This document shows positions 30,821 through 39,222 of a DNA stretch of 39,748 bases, one piece after another. The notes under the pieces are model-generated. The model worked only from the letters and a program-made list of their open reading frames with translations. It had not been told where the DNA came from and searched no databases. Position numbers and translations under genes: made by a program. Every line of letters starts with the position of its first letter. Positions within the stretch are counted from its first letter, which is position 1. This stretch comes from a virus: the IMG/VR virus record IMGVR_UViG_3300033182_000047, positions 1-39,748 of that record. One strand, 5' to 3'.

Positions 30821-30827
30821 TACCTAT

Positions 30828-31814
30828 TTACGCCTTGATGTCAGCCAAGAAGCCAGACGATGATTCGTTGTTGACCTTAAGGCCATACTCAACGATCAAC
30901 ATCTGCTGAATGGAGTCACCAGTTTTAGCGAGGGTTTCCGTCTTGAAGGGACGGAGATAAGCAACTTCAAAGAAGTCCATATCCAGAACAAACAAATCCT
31001 GATCGCGGAATTGATTTCTGTTTGGTACAATCTGAAAAGTTCCAAAGTCGCTAACATAAACGTCCACAGCCGCGACAACGTGAGCCGGAGCCACCTTGTC
31101 TGCCGCAGTACGCAGGCTTGACACGCTAGCAGAAAGCGCGGAGATAGCCTGTTTAATGGCGGGCTTACACATAATCATGTCAGGCTCACCACCAGCTTCA
31201 TAAGTGTCTTTAATGACATTTTTAAGCATAGACTCCGTAATGGAAGCCGTAGCCGTAGCATCGGTAGGTGCAGTTGTGCCAGAGCCACCAGCCGCAGGCG
31301 AACCGCTTGAGGGATTGCCTGAAACATAGTTCGTAGCAAGCCAAGTCGAAAGACCGCCAGTTTTACGAGCCGTGCCTGCCGCGCCAGCATTCTGGGCTTC
31401 GTTGCGGGTCAACTGATATTCCATATCTCGTTTCAACTGTTTGGCTTTCTTAGCCAACTGGTATGCCTGTGCAGACTTAAAGCCTGAGTTATTGACGGCT
31501 TCGTTAGTGCCTGAAGTTTGGACTACATAGCGAGAAATCTGCGTGTAGTTACCAACGCGAGTCGGTACTGCACGAGCATCTGCACTTGCATCGTCACCTT
31601 CGATCTGCTGGTTCGCGGAACCCGCAGCGATTGTGTCAGTCTGCCACTCAAAATAAGTATTCTCAGCGGTAGCCTTGCCACAACCAGACATGAAGGGAGT
31701 ATCAAGTGGCGCGATGTTGTAGATAATATCGCTCAAGTCCTCACGAATTGAACTAAGCCGAGTGCTACCACTAGCGGCAGCAAAGGTATAGTTCGTATTA
31801 GTAGGAACTGCCAT
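30828..31814 (-). CDS. Major capsid protein (HK97 fold, SU10/BPP-1 type)
   Basis: SSIREDLSDIIYNIAPLDTPFMSGCGKATAENTYFEWQTD matches the SU10-type MCP N-terminal signature. Strong RBS ttaggag. Follows the scaffold gene. Confidence 0.9.
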   Translation of the reverse strand: MAVPTNTNYTFAAASGSTRLSSIREDLSDIIYNIAPLDTPFMSGCGKATAENTYFEWQTDTIAAGSANQQIEGDDASADARAVPTRVGNYTQISRYVVQTSGTNEAVNNSGFKSAQAYQLAKKAKQLKRDMEYQLTRNEAQNAGAAGTARKTGGLSTWLATNYVSGNPSSGSPAAGGSGTTAPTDATATASITESMLKNVIKDTYEAGGEPDMIMCKPAIKQAISALSASVSSLRTAADKVAPAHVVAAVDVYVSDFGTFQIVPNRNQFRDQDLFVLDMDFFEVAYLRPFKTETLAKTGDSIQQMLIVEYGLKVNNESSSGFLADIKA

Positions 31815-31829
31815 AGTAATTACTCCTAA

Positions 31830-32873
31830 TTAAAGGTCTATAAAATCCTCTAAAAGACTAGCGGCATCTCTTGAATGTCCTGTCTTTGCGAGGCGCTTCA
31901 TCTTTTCAGCACGTTGACTACGATCACTGGCCTTCTTACTTACGCCTTTTCCTGATCTTACCACTTTGGGTTTGTTCTTAACCTTTTTGGATTTTACATC
32001 GGACTTCTGAAGTGCATCATACTTCTGCGCTTTCATTAGAACGAGTAGCGATCTATGGTCGATTAGTTCTCTCAGTTCTTCTTTCGTGAATCCCTGTTCA
32101 ATAGCATACGTCGAAAGTTCAGATGCCATCTGATTACGTTTTTCTGGTTCATTCCATTCAGGCACGGCGGCTACTAATTTTGCGTGTTCTTCCTGAACGG
32201 CCAGTTGGCGTAACTTGGCTGTTTCTTCCTGTTGCTTTTGAAGGGCTTTGCCTTGTTCTTCCTGCGCTTGGCGAACACGGTCTTGAGCCTCTCTCAGCTC
32301 TTCCTTCTTAGTAACAAATGCAATGGGGTCTGTTTGTCGCAGATTTTCCCAATCAACATTTTGAAACTGCTCTAATCCACCCATAGCGTTTTGAACAAAT
32401 TGTCCAAGTGCGTCTATGTACTGTTGACGCTCCGCTTGTGCCTGAGAGATTTCACTGGCCCACTGCTGTTGCAGTTGAGCCATTTCATTTCTCTGGCTTG
32501 CAAGTTCTTGCGTTTTTCGGGTATAGTCAGACTGTCGGGAGTACCCACTAATGAGTTCGTCAAGGCTTACCTCAACCTCTTCACCATCTACTTTAACTGC
32601 GTAGGTGGTATTAAGACCGGGTTCCTCTTCGTCCTCATCTTCGTCTAACTCTTCCTCGGATTCTTCTTCATCCTCAATGGACTCATCTTCCTCTTCGGAA
32701 ACCTCTTCAGATGATTCGTCTTGAATTTCTTCAGTAGACTCTTCAACTTCTTCAGGTTGTGCCTCTTCGGATTCCGGTGTGACCTCTTCAGGTTCCATCA
32801 TTCCTAGTAAGGCGTTGGTTGCTGACATAATACTACCGTCAGTAAGTTGCGGGGCTTCTTGCTTATCCGCCAT
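31830..32873 (-). CDS. Scaffolding protein
   Basis: Poly-acidic N-terminal half (EEAQPEEVEESTEEIQDESSEEVSEEEDE...), coiled-coil remainder. Position between portal and capsid. RBS taggaga. Confidence 0.75.
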   Translation of the reverse strand: MADKQEAPQLTDGSIMSATNALLGMMEPEEVTPESEEAQPEEVEESTEEIQDESSEEVSEEEDESIEDEEESEEELDEDEDEEEPGLNTTYAVKVDGEEVEVSLDELISGYSRQSDYTRKTQELASQRNEMAQLQQQWASEISQAQAERQQYIDALGQFVQNAMGGLEQFQNVDWENLRQTDPIAFVTKKEELREAQDRVRQAQEEQGKALQKQQEETAKLRQLAVQEEHAKLVAAVPEWNEPEKRNQMASELSTYAIEQGFTKEELRELIDHRSLLVLMKAQKYDALQKSDVKSKKVKNKPKVVRSGKGVSKKASDRSQRAEKMKRLAKTGHSRDAASLLEDFIDL

Positions 32874-32884
32874 AATAAATTCTC

Positions 32885-33121
32885 CTATATATGGTATTCC
32901 TTCAGTTTCTCCGCCATCTCTCCAGTTTCAATGATACTGGTTAGATGAAGGCGAATCCTCTCAAGGAGTCGTAATGAAAGCCAGCATTGCTCCCGGCTTT
33001 CGACATCTTGCACACTTGAGTTTGCCCAAGTGTTATAAATACTTTCTGCTAACTGGTCAAATGATTCGTTATAGAGTGGGTCGTTAAGAAGGCTCTTGGC
33101 GTGTTCTTCTCGGCTTCTCAT
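32885..33121 (-). CDS. Small conserved head-module protein (78 aa, Bbp19-like)
   Basis: LLNDPLYNESFDQLAESIYNTWANS...VESREQCWLSLRLLERIRLHLTSIIETGEMA follows a family seen between portal and scaffold in BPP-1-like phages. Confidence 0.65.
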   Translation of the reverse strand: MRSREEHAKSLLNDPLYNESFDQLAESIYNTWANSSVQDVESREQCWLSLRLLERIRLHLTSIIETGEMAEKLKEYHI

Positions 33122-35085
33122 GTTGCTCCTATTGCTACGGCCCTATTCTGTTCTCTTTCAAGGGCCAGTTCTGCGGATTTAAGTTGTGCGTCTACAGCGG
33201 CTTCCTGTGCGTCCTGTTGGACTTTCATCATCTTGACTTGTAGGTCGCCCTGTTTGATTTCCAACTCCTTCATTTTAATCTGTTGCTCCATCATCGCGGC
33301 CTGCTCTTCTGGGGAAGGCTGTTCAGGCTGTGGTGGAGGCGGAGGGGTCAGGTAGTCATCTACGTTCTGATAACCCATAGCCTTAACCAATGCGGCTCCC
33401 AGATTGTACATATTCTGTGGAGTTACGATGGGTAGTCCACCCTGCATGGCTTGTGCGGCAAACTGAATCATTTGTGACAGATGAGCCATTTGCTGATCTT
33501 TTGAACCATTTCCTAATGCAACAGATACAGTGCAGTCCATCTTATCTGACCAACTATCAGGGCGTACAGGAACCCACTGATTCCTCAACATAACTACTCG
33601 TTCTTTGTCCTGATATTTAAGTAGGAGTTCATAGATGCACCACATCAACTCTTTAACACCAGTCTCGGCAAACTGTCTTGCAATCATCTCAACTCTTGAC
33701 TGAGCGTTTGACATAACAGCGTTGACAGCGGTAGCCGTGGTATGGGACGTTAGAGCGTCTGCATTAATACCTTGGGTGTTTTTGTTTACCCCTGATCTTG
33801 ACTCTCTTACCTCATCCAGATAGTTAAGCATCTGGAAGGATTCTGGCTGTAATGGAGGGGTAGCCAAGGGCATGACGGCGTTGGGGGATTTAACTCGTAC
33901 TACGCCCCCCGGCCTCTGGGTTAGCAAATCATCTAAATTCGCTTGACCCTCAAGGACAGCATACCTACCGTAGTTCTGGTTATAGGCGTTGTCCATCAGA
34001 TTACGCATCAGCGTACTCTTGATTAATTGTAAATCCATTACGAGATCAGCCACGGACAGACCGTAGAACTTATGGGGGATTTTCAAGGGGGTGATAGAAA
34101 CAAACGGAGCCTTGTCTATTTCTTCATTGGAGAATACATAACTACCCACGGAACAAACCTTTCTCAGTTCCGCTATGCCATCTTCGTTATAATCTGTTTT
34201 AATGAATGACTCGTAAAGCCAATATTCTCTTAGGGCTTCTTCTGTATTATTATCTAATCCATAGCCAGAGAAGGTTGCTTGAGTCTCATCAAATGAGAAT
34301 CTTGCAAGACGTTCTGCATTGGGGTCGATCATATCATCGCCGCCACCCAAATCTTCAGGCCCAAAGTCCTGATCTGGGTACATCTCCCTTAATTCTGAGA
34401 GTGTTTTCTTTACGCGGTGGCAGACAAACCTTGCATCATGTATTCCTTTCGCCTCTCTGGAAATAAGGAATTCTTCAGGTGGTACATTCTCAATACACAC
34501 CTTACCGTTGTATCCAGTGCGTTTAATAACAACGTCATGGTAAACTCCACCATCTTCTGTGATACTGTTTGACTGTACTTCGGTATGCTCAAGAACCTCT
34601 ACATCATCATCCGAGATAAGATATTCAAACTCAAGTTCCCCAAGATTATGGTATTCCTCTCTTTGAGCCTCTTCATACTCATCCCACCATACTTTGACAA
34701 TACCATTCTTTTGAAGGAGGGCATCATGGAACCACGAATAGAGGATTTCCCAACCGGGATTATCTTTTGTGAAAACGTAATTAACGTAATCAGTGGCCTG
34801 CTCTGCGGCCTGCACATCTTCTGGCCCTTGTGGCGTGAATTTAACCATCTCATCGCCAGAGGCGAATACCCTCATCAGAGAAGGTTTGATCCATTCGATT
34901 GTATCTTGAACAGTGGAATCAACGTATTGACTGCGGCCATCCACCTCGTTACCAAAGGGCAACGCATAGTAGTATTCTTGAGCCAACTCCCGTTGCTCTG
35001 CAAGATCATCGTTGTAATATCCTAGCGCATCATGTATTTCTACATTGATTCTTGCTAGTAATTCTCTATCGTCAGACAATGCCAT
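33118..35085 (-). CDS. Portal protein
   Basis: 655 aa immediately after terL. GRSQYVDSTVQDTIEWIKPSLMRVF...VKFTP...AEQATDYVNYVF portal signature. Pro-rich then coiled C-terminal barrel-like tail. Confidence 0.9.
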   Translation of the reverse strand: MALSDDRELLARINVEIHDALGYYNDDLAEQRELAQEYYYALPFGNEVDGRSQYVDSTVQDTIEWIKPSLMRVFASGDEMVKFTPQGPEDVQAAEQATDYVNYVFTKDNPGWEILYSWFHDALLQKNGIVKVWWDEYEEAQREEYHNLGELEFEYLISDDDVEVLEHTEVQSNSITEDGGVYHDVVIKRTGYNGKVCIENVPPEEFLISREAKGIHDARFVCHRVKKTLSELREMYPDQDFGPEDLGGGDDMIDPNAERLARFSFDETQATFSGYGLDNNTEEALREYWLYESFIKTDYNEDGIAELRKVCSVGSYVFSNEEIDKAPFVSITPLKIPHKFYGLSVADLVMDLQLIKSTLMRNLMDNAYNQNYGRYAVLEGQANLDDLLTQRPGGVVRVKSPNAVMPLATPPLQPESFQMLNYLDEVRESRSGVNKNTQGINADALTSHTTATAVNAVMSNAQSRVEMIARQFAETGVKELMWCIYELLLKYQDKERVVMLRNQWVPVRPDSWSDKMDCTVSVALGNGSKDQQMAHLSQMIQFAAQAMQGGLPIVTPQNMYNLGAALVKAMGYQNVDDYLTPPPPPQPEQPSPEEQAAMMEQQIKMKELEIKQGDLQVKMMKVQQDAQEAAVDAQLKSAELALEREQNRAVAIGAT

Positions 35086-36607
35086 AATCCCTATAGTGTA
35101 TTTCGCTAGTCCATTCGGGGTCAGACCCTGCTATGGCGTAGCGTTGTGATTGGAAGGCGTACCTTGTGGCGCTCATTAAGTCGTCCCTAAGTGCTACCAC
35201 TTTACCTTCCTTTCTGTGGTACATTCTAAACTCTTCAAACCAGTCGGAGAGTGTAGAGAATACTTTAAAGTTTCCTTTCTCCATGCTCTGTAGCATAGCC
35301 ATCAGCCCTTCCTCTACTGAGTTAGAGCCTTTCTTTTCACCTAGACCCGGAGGATTGGAGAAGTGTTGCATCAGGAAGTTACACCCTAAACTTCTATACT
35401 GCTCGGCAAGGCCGGGGTTTCCCATGCTATCCCTGCGATTTCCGTCATGCGGGTAGGCTATCGGAATAAAATAAGGACGTTGCCTTATCACCTCGGAGTG
35501 TACCGTTGGGCTTGCCTTGGATGCTCTATAGCAGTCGTATACATAGAAAGTATCACTTTCATTATCTATTGCACACCAAACAACAGCCGTTGGGTGATCC
35601 CAACCAAAGTCTATGGCCGCAATTCTAGGCCAATGATCCTCTATTTCTATTGGATCAATCATCAAATCTTCTTCGTTCAGGGGGAAGATAAGGCCAGAAC
35701 CGATAGACGGTCTACCGTATCTACGCATCTCCCTCTCATGGGGGGAGTAAGCAGAGAGAATCTGCTCCATCACCTCTTCGGAGAGATGCCCCTTTCTTCC
35801 CTGCATAGACTTCACGTTTTCTGAGGCGTGATCCCATGTGGCATTGGTTAGGCTCTGCCCCTTCTTTATGTTGTTCATAAAGGCGGCGACTGTTTCAGTC
35901 ATGCCGTTTTCAGGGGTGAAGGTCATGTAGACCATTCCCCTCCTGTCTAGGGTTCGCGTGACAGCCTGTGAGTACAATTCTCTGGATGGTTCCTCATCCA
36001 ACCATACCACATCTACTGATCTGCCTTGCCACTTGTCTACGCCCATCTCATAGGCTTTAAAGAATAAAGAAGAGTTCTCACCAGAAATATGCCGTATGAG
36101 GGCTACGGACTTGGCGTTTGGAACACCGGGCTTGCGTTCAGTTTTTATAATACATTCTCTGGGAACAGCGCCAGTGCCAAAGGCTTCTGGATCATCGGGA
36201 GAACCCAATAGTTCTGCTTGTACAATATCTCGGGTGGTTTCGTTAGATACACCACCCGCCCATGCTGTGATGGCTCTGTTAAATCTCCTACCCTTCCACC
36301 ATTTAGGATATAGTCCTGTAAGGTGGTAAGACATCTCTGCGGCTCCACAATAAGACTTTCCTATGCGGTTAGCCGCCATCAATAAGCGTTGGTTATTACC
36401 TACCCCTGTTTCGTGGAATTCCTGTTGGTATGGGTATGGATCGTAAAAGTCAATCTTACTAAATCTTTGACGTTTTTTTATTTCCTTTGCTATTTCTACC
36501 GCCTTTTCCATATCCACTTGCATAAGCGGCTCTTGCTTGTTTTTCGGCGGATGCTCTACTTGCATAGCATTTTCCAGATTTTCCCCATTTATAACCCTTT
36601 TTTCCAT
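35072..36607 (-). CDS. terL: Terminase large subunit
   Basis: Walker A-like AANRIGKS, Walker B VVWLDEEP, C-terminal nuclease-like AIDFGWDHP...D. Start codon uncertain (no SD at 36607). Confidence 0.92.
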   Translation of the reverse strand: MEKRVINGENLENAMQVEHPPKNKQEPLMQVDMEKAVEIAKEIKKRQRFSKIDFYDPYPYQQEFHETGVGNNQRLLMAANRIGKSYCGAAEMSYHLTGLYPKWWKGRRFNRAITAWAGGVSNETTRDIVQAELLGSPDDPEAFGTGAVPRECIIKTERKPGVPNAKSVALIRHISGENSSLFFKAYEMGVDKWQGRSVDVVWLDEEPSRELYSQAVTRTLDRRGMVYMTFTPENGMTETVAAFMNNIKKGQSLTNATWDHASENVKSMQGRKGHLSEEVMEQILSAYSPHEREMRRYGRPSIGSGLIFPLNEEDLMIDPIEIEDHWPRIAAIDFGWDHPTAVVWCAIDNESDTFYVYDCYRASKASPTVHSEVIRQRPYFIPIAYPHDGNRRDSMGNPGLAEQYRSLGCNFLMQHFSNPPGLGEKKGSNSVEEGLMAMLQSMEKGNFKVFSTLSDWFEEFRMYHRKEGKVVALRDDLMSATRYAFQSQRYAIAGSDPEWTSEIHYRDYGIV

Positions 36608-36634
36608 TGGGTAATGTACATGATTGTATTGGCA

Positions 36635-37009
36635 TCAGTTAAGAGGGCCAACAAGGGCTTCCAGTTCTCGTTGTAATTCCTCCGTTGATTTCTCTTCAAC
36701 GTGTGAGACTTCCTGTTTGATCTTCTCAGTGGGTTTAAGCCCTGCCCTGTCCAGTATATCCTTGACAGCGCCAAGTCTCACAGATTCGCTCTCAGCGCCT
36801 TCTGAGAGGTTTTTGAGAACCATCAATGCACCGGGTACACAATCCTGAATCATCTTGCGGGTGCGTTCCTCAATCTCTCTGGCGAACTGATTCTTTAACT
36901 CATACCCTCTTTGCTTTGGATGCGAATACCCTGCGGTTTGTGCGGCTTTAGCGGCACACCCATGCAGACAGTATTGCTCAATGAATATCTCTTGTTTTTC
37001 AGTCCTCAT
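36635..37009 (-). CDS. terS: Terminase small subunit
   Basis: QEIFIEQYCLHGCAAKAAQTAGYSHPKQRGYELKNQ matches the Terminase_2 HTH pattern (F..eY...gNa..AA..AGYS). Directly upstream of terL. Confidence 0.85.
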   Translation of the reverse strand: MRTEKQEIFIEQYCLHGCAAKAAQTAGYSHPKQRGYELKNQFAREIEERTRKMIQDCVPGALMVLKNLSEGAESESVRLGAVKDILDRAGLKPTEKIKQEVSHVEEKSTEELQRELEALVGPLN

Positions 37010-38597
37010 AAGGATTTCCTATAAGCCCAAGGGTAGCGGCTAAACTTGCCGCTATACGATTTGGTGCAATGCTATCAGCATCAGACAAAATAGCGTTAAA
37101 TAATGCCTCATCTTCTTTACTTAAAATTCCTTGTTCTGGTCGTGGTACTTTTGGTTTTGTTTTCTGCGATTCTTTAGCATTCTTCAGAGAAATACCCTCT
37201 CTTCCCTCTTTAGGTGGATTTTTGTATTTTGGTGTTAGTTTTCTAGCCAGTTTTTCTCCGGTCTTACCGCCAATACTTATCTCTCTGGTTCCGATTCCCA
37301 CTATCGCATCAGCAGACCCCGGAATTTTTTGGCCGAATATATCCTGTTTATCCGTACCAAACATCTTCATAGTACCATTGTTCTTAACCTTGACTATAGC
37401 ATTAAATCCACCCAAAAGATAGTCCCTTTTCCCTGCTGGAGAAAACTGAAAGAATACTCCATCAGTACCCTGACGAATTTTCATCGGAACTTTTGATTTC
37501 CATTCTGGATCGTACCTATCCAAAACTTCTAGCCACTCATCTGCGGTCTGCGGGTTGTGCTTGGCCTTCAATGATTTTAGTACAGATGCCTGCCTTGATT
37601 TACCTACATCACTTAGGGAGTCTCCTGCGGCCCTAATATTTTTCTTGTTTAAGAATATTACATCACTTGGGCCTTGAATTCTACCACCTGACAGACTTTT
37701 CTTAAAGCCCTCTGTCCATGCCTCGCGGGACATATCGTAGATCATTTCTGCGTCTACGTCATCAAACATATCACTGGCCAACTGTCGATCAAAGGGCATT
37801 TCATACCCAAACCGCCGTTCAGCATAAGGGCTAAATACTTGTGGTATTTTTCCCCCATGATTTGTCATCATCTTGGCGTGTAGTATGTTTTGGGCTACCT
37901 GACCGTCAATCTTTCTTATTGCATCACGCATAGCACTTTTGATTTCTTCGGTATATCCGCCTTCCTCCCCCAATTTTTTCAACTCATTATAATCATCTAA
38001 GTTTTTTCTAATGACTCTTTTGGTGGCTAAAGGGACTTTGCTTGCGCTATAGAGTTTTCTGGTAAGGTCAAGAGAACCTTCCTCAAAAGCCCTTCCAATG
38101 TTTAATGCAACACCGGGGGCTTTATTTCCGCTATAAAAGCCGGGAACGTAATTACGCATATTCATAACGTAATTCTTTATTAACTTGGGAAAGCCCATAA
38201 TACCAAGGTCAAAACCCGCTGAAACAAAGTCCAAGAGGCCAACCTCTTCTGTGGGGCTAATACGCTTTCTAGTAGCGGTTGCCAGACCTCTAGGTACGAT
38301 ATCAAGCGCCCTGTTGACCCTTGGCCCCTCTGGCTCACGGCTAGCCTTAGAGGCAAAATCGTACAACAAATCTCCTATGGTATCCAACCCTCCCGATCTT
38401 GGTGGTGTTATTCCCCTAATGCCGTGATAAGGGTCTTGGGCTAAAGGTATCAGATTGGGCTGTGTCTCATTAACCATTTGCCCACCCGTTTTCTGATAGC
38501 CCTGTCGTGCTATATATTCCTCCAATAGCCCCCTCTGGTCATCTGCATACTGGCCTCCCATTCTCTCCTGTAATTGCTTTAGTAGTGTCTTAGCCAT
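36999..38597 (-). CDS. 532-aa ORFan, promoter-proximal gene of the late arm
   Basis: Continuous ORF. No motif recognised and no SD at ATG 38597. An internal ATG 38561 (Met13) has an acAGGAGAGA RBS and is an alternative start. Confidence 0.75.
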   Translation of the reverse strand: MAKTLLKQLQERMGGQYADDQRGLLEEYIARQGYQKTGGQMVNETQPNLIPLAQDPYHGIRGITPPRSGGLDTIGDLLYDFASKASREPEGPRVNRALDIVPRGLATATRKRISPTEEVGLLDFVSAGFDLGIMGFPKLIKNYVMNMRNYVPGFYSGNKAPGVALNIGRAFEEGSLDLTRKLYSASKVPLATKRVIRKNLDDYNELKKLGEEGGYTEEIKSAMRDAIRKIDGQVAQNILHAKMMTNHGGKIPQVFSPYAERRFGYEMPFDRQLASDMFDDVDAEMIYDMSREAWTEGFKKSLSGGRIQGPSDVIFLNKKNIRAAGDSLSDVGKSRQASVLKSLKAKHNPQTADEWLEVLDRYDPEWKSKVPMKIRQGTDGVFFQFSPAGKRDYLLGGFNAIVKVKNNGTMKMFGTDKQDIFGQKIPGSADAIVGIGTREISIGGKTGEKLARKLTPKYKNPPKEGREGISLKNAKESQKTKPKVPRPEQGILSKEDEALFNAILSDADSIAPNRIAASLAATLGLIGNPYED

Positions 38598-38625
38598 ATA
38601 TTAGAGAATTCTTATGAAGGGTAAA
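38598..38625 (-). promoter_or_regulatory. Weak promoter-like element TTTACC-16-TAATAT abutting ATG 38597
   Basis: TAATAT = revcomp of 38598-38603, TTTACC = revcomp of 38620-38625. The predicted +1 would fall just inside the annotated ORF, compatible with the Met13 start. Confidence 0.3.
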
Positions 38626-38669
38626 ATGTCCTGATGGTGAGTGGGTACAATATAACGCTATTGCGCTAG

Positions 38670-38689
38670 AAAAAAAGGGGGTCGCCCCC
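38670..38689 (-). terminator. Intrinsic terminator on the minus strand, upstream of the late operon
   Basis: Minus strand reads GGGGG-cga-CCCCC followed by T7 (plus-strand A-run 38670-38676). The stem is only 5 bp but all G-C. Confidence 0.55.
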
Positions 38690-38768
38690 GGTCAGCGCCA
38701 CGCGCCCGCGCCACGCGCACATAAAGGTGGCTAGGCGAGCAGGGTTCAGTTGAGCAGTAGTCCAGAAT
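38670..38768 (-). ncRNA. Candidate ~100-nt GC-rich leader / small RNA between the 38802 promoter and the 38689 terminator
   Basis: Bounded by promoter and terminator. Contains GCGCGTGGCGC twice in tandem (plus-strand gcgccacgcgc at 38695-38705 and 38708-38718). No SD-led ORF. Confidence 0.3.
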
Positions 38769-38774
38769 CGGTGA

Positions 38775-38802
38775 ATTTTATTTTTGCTATAGATAGTAGC
38801 AA
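38775..38802 (-). promoter_or_regulatory. Sigma70-type promoter TTGCTA-16-TAAAAT on the minus strand, with the -35 element inside a perfect inverted repeat
   Basis: TTGCTA = revcomp 38797-38802, TAAAAT = revcomp 38775-38780. TTGCTA-ctatcta-TAGCAA palindrome spans 38784-38802. Confidence 0.5.
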
Positions 38803-38945
38803 GACTTTTAGTTACCATGCCATAGAATAACCTACTATAATAGTCTGGTATTATCAGCGGATGGTCTGAGAGAGTGTGTGAGTGTGTGTCAGGAACGTCA
38901 TTAATTCCCTTTATACCCCTATCAAAACATTATCGAAAAAAAGTG

Positions 38946-38974
38946 TTGACACTGTGCCGAAAGTATGGATAATC
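38946..38974 (+). promoter_or_regulatory. Early promoter TTGACA-17-(TGg)ATAATC
   Basis: TTGACA 38946-38951, spacer ending tgg, ATAATC 38969-38974 (or GATAAT with a 16-nt spacer). Predicted +1 near 38981, 27 nt before ATG 39008. Confidence 0.7.
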
Positions 38975-39007
38975 CGCTTTGCTACTCAATCAATAGGAAA
39001 AAATCAA

Positions 39008-39106
39008 ATGAAACGATCTATCGCAAGTCTTGTTGCAGACATTCTATTCTTCGGTGTTTCATACGGCGCTATCGCCCTCACAATCTACATAATCATAGGA
39101 CTGTAA
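39008..39106 (+). CDS. 32-aa hydrophobic peptide MKRSIASLVADILFFGVSYGAIALTIYIIIGL
   Basis: First ATG after the early promoter, RBS aggaaa. The longer track ORF from 38882 would start upstream of the promoter. Confidence 0.5.
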   Translation: MKRSIASLVADILFFGVSYGAIALTIYIIIGL

Positions 39107-39108
39107 TC

Positions 39109-39222
39109 ATGCTAGAAACAATAATGGAAATTCTGGGCCTTGTTTTCGGTCTGCCCATGTTGGCAATGGGTATAATCGTTATAGGCGCTCTTTTAATATC
39201 GCCCTTTCTGAGGATCAAATAG
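39109..39222 (+). CDS. 37-aa hydrophobic peptide MLETIMEILGLVFGLPMLAMGIIVIGALLISPFLRIK
   Basis: ATG 39109, 2 nt after the previous stop, RBS agga. One TM helix. Confidence 0.5.
   Translation: MLETIMEILGLVFGLPMLAMGIIVIGALLISPFLRIK

Noticed and set aside
30645-30863. Plus-strand 72-aa ORF after the capsid gene
   Set aside because: It is antisense to the operon, spans the capsid stop and the GC hairpin, and has no RBS. A minus-strand 57-aa ORF is a weak but more consistent alternative.
38666-38722. 18-codon mini-ORF (MCAWRGRVALTGGDPLFF) running through the terminator hairpin, as an attenuation leader peptide
   Set aside because: There is no Shine-Dalgarno sequence. The ORF is a by-product of the GC-rich repeats, with no run of regulatory codons. 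I keep it only as a footnote to the leader/terminator finding.
38863-38890. GA/GT-rich tract (gtctgagagagtgtgtgagtgtgtgtc) and the CT-rich tract at 399-419 (ctctctctgagactctcag) as inverted repeats of a mobile cassette flanking the first early operon
   Set aside because: The match is only about 11 nt, imperfect (one indel) and of low complexity. There are no target-site duplications and no transposase. It could be chance, so I report it only as context.
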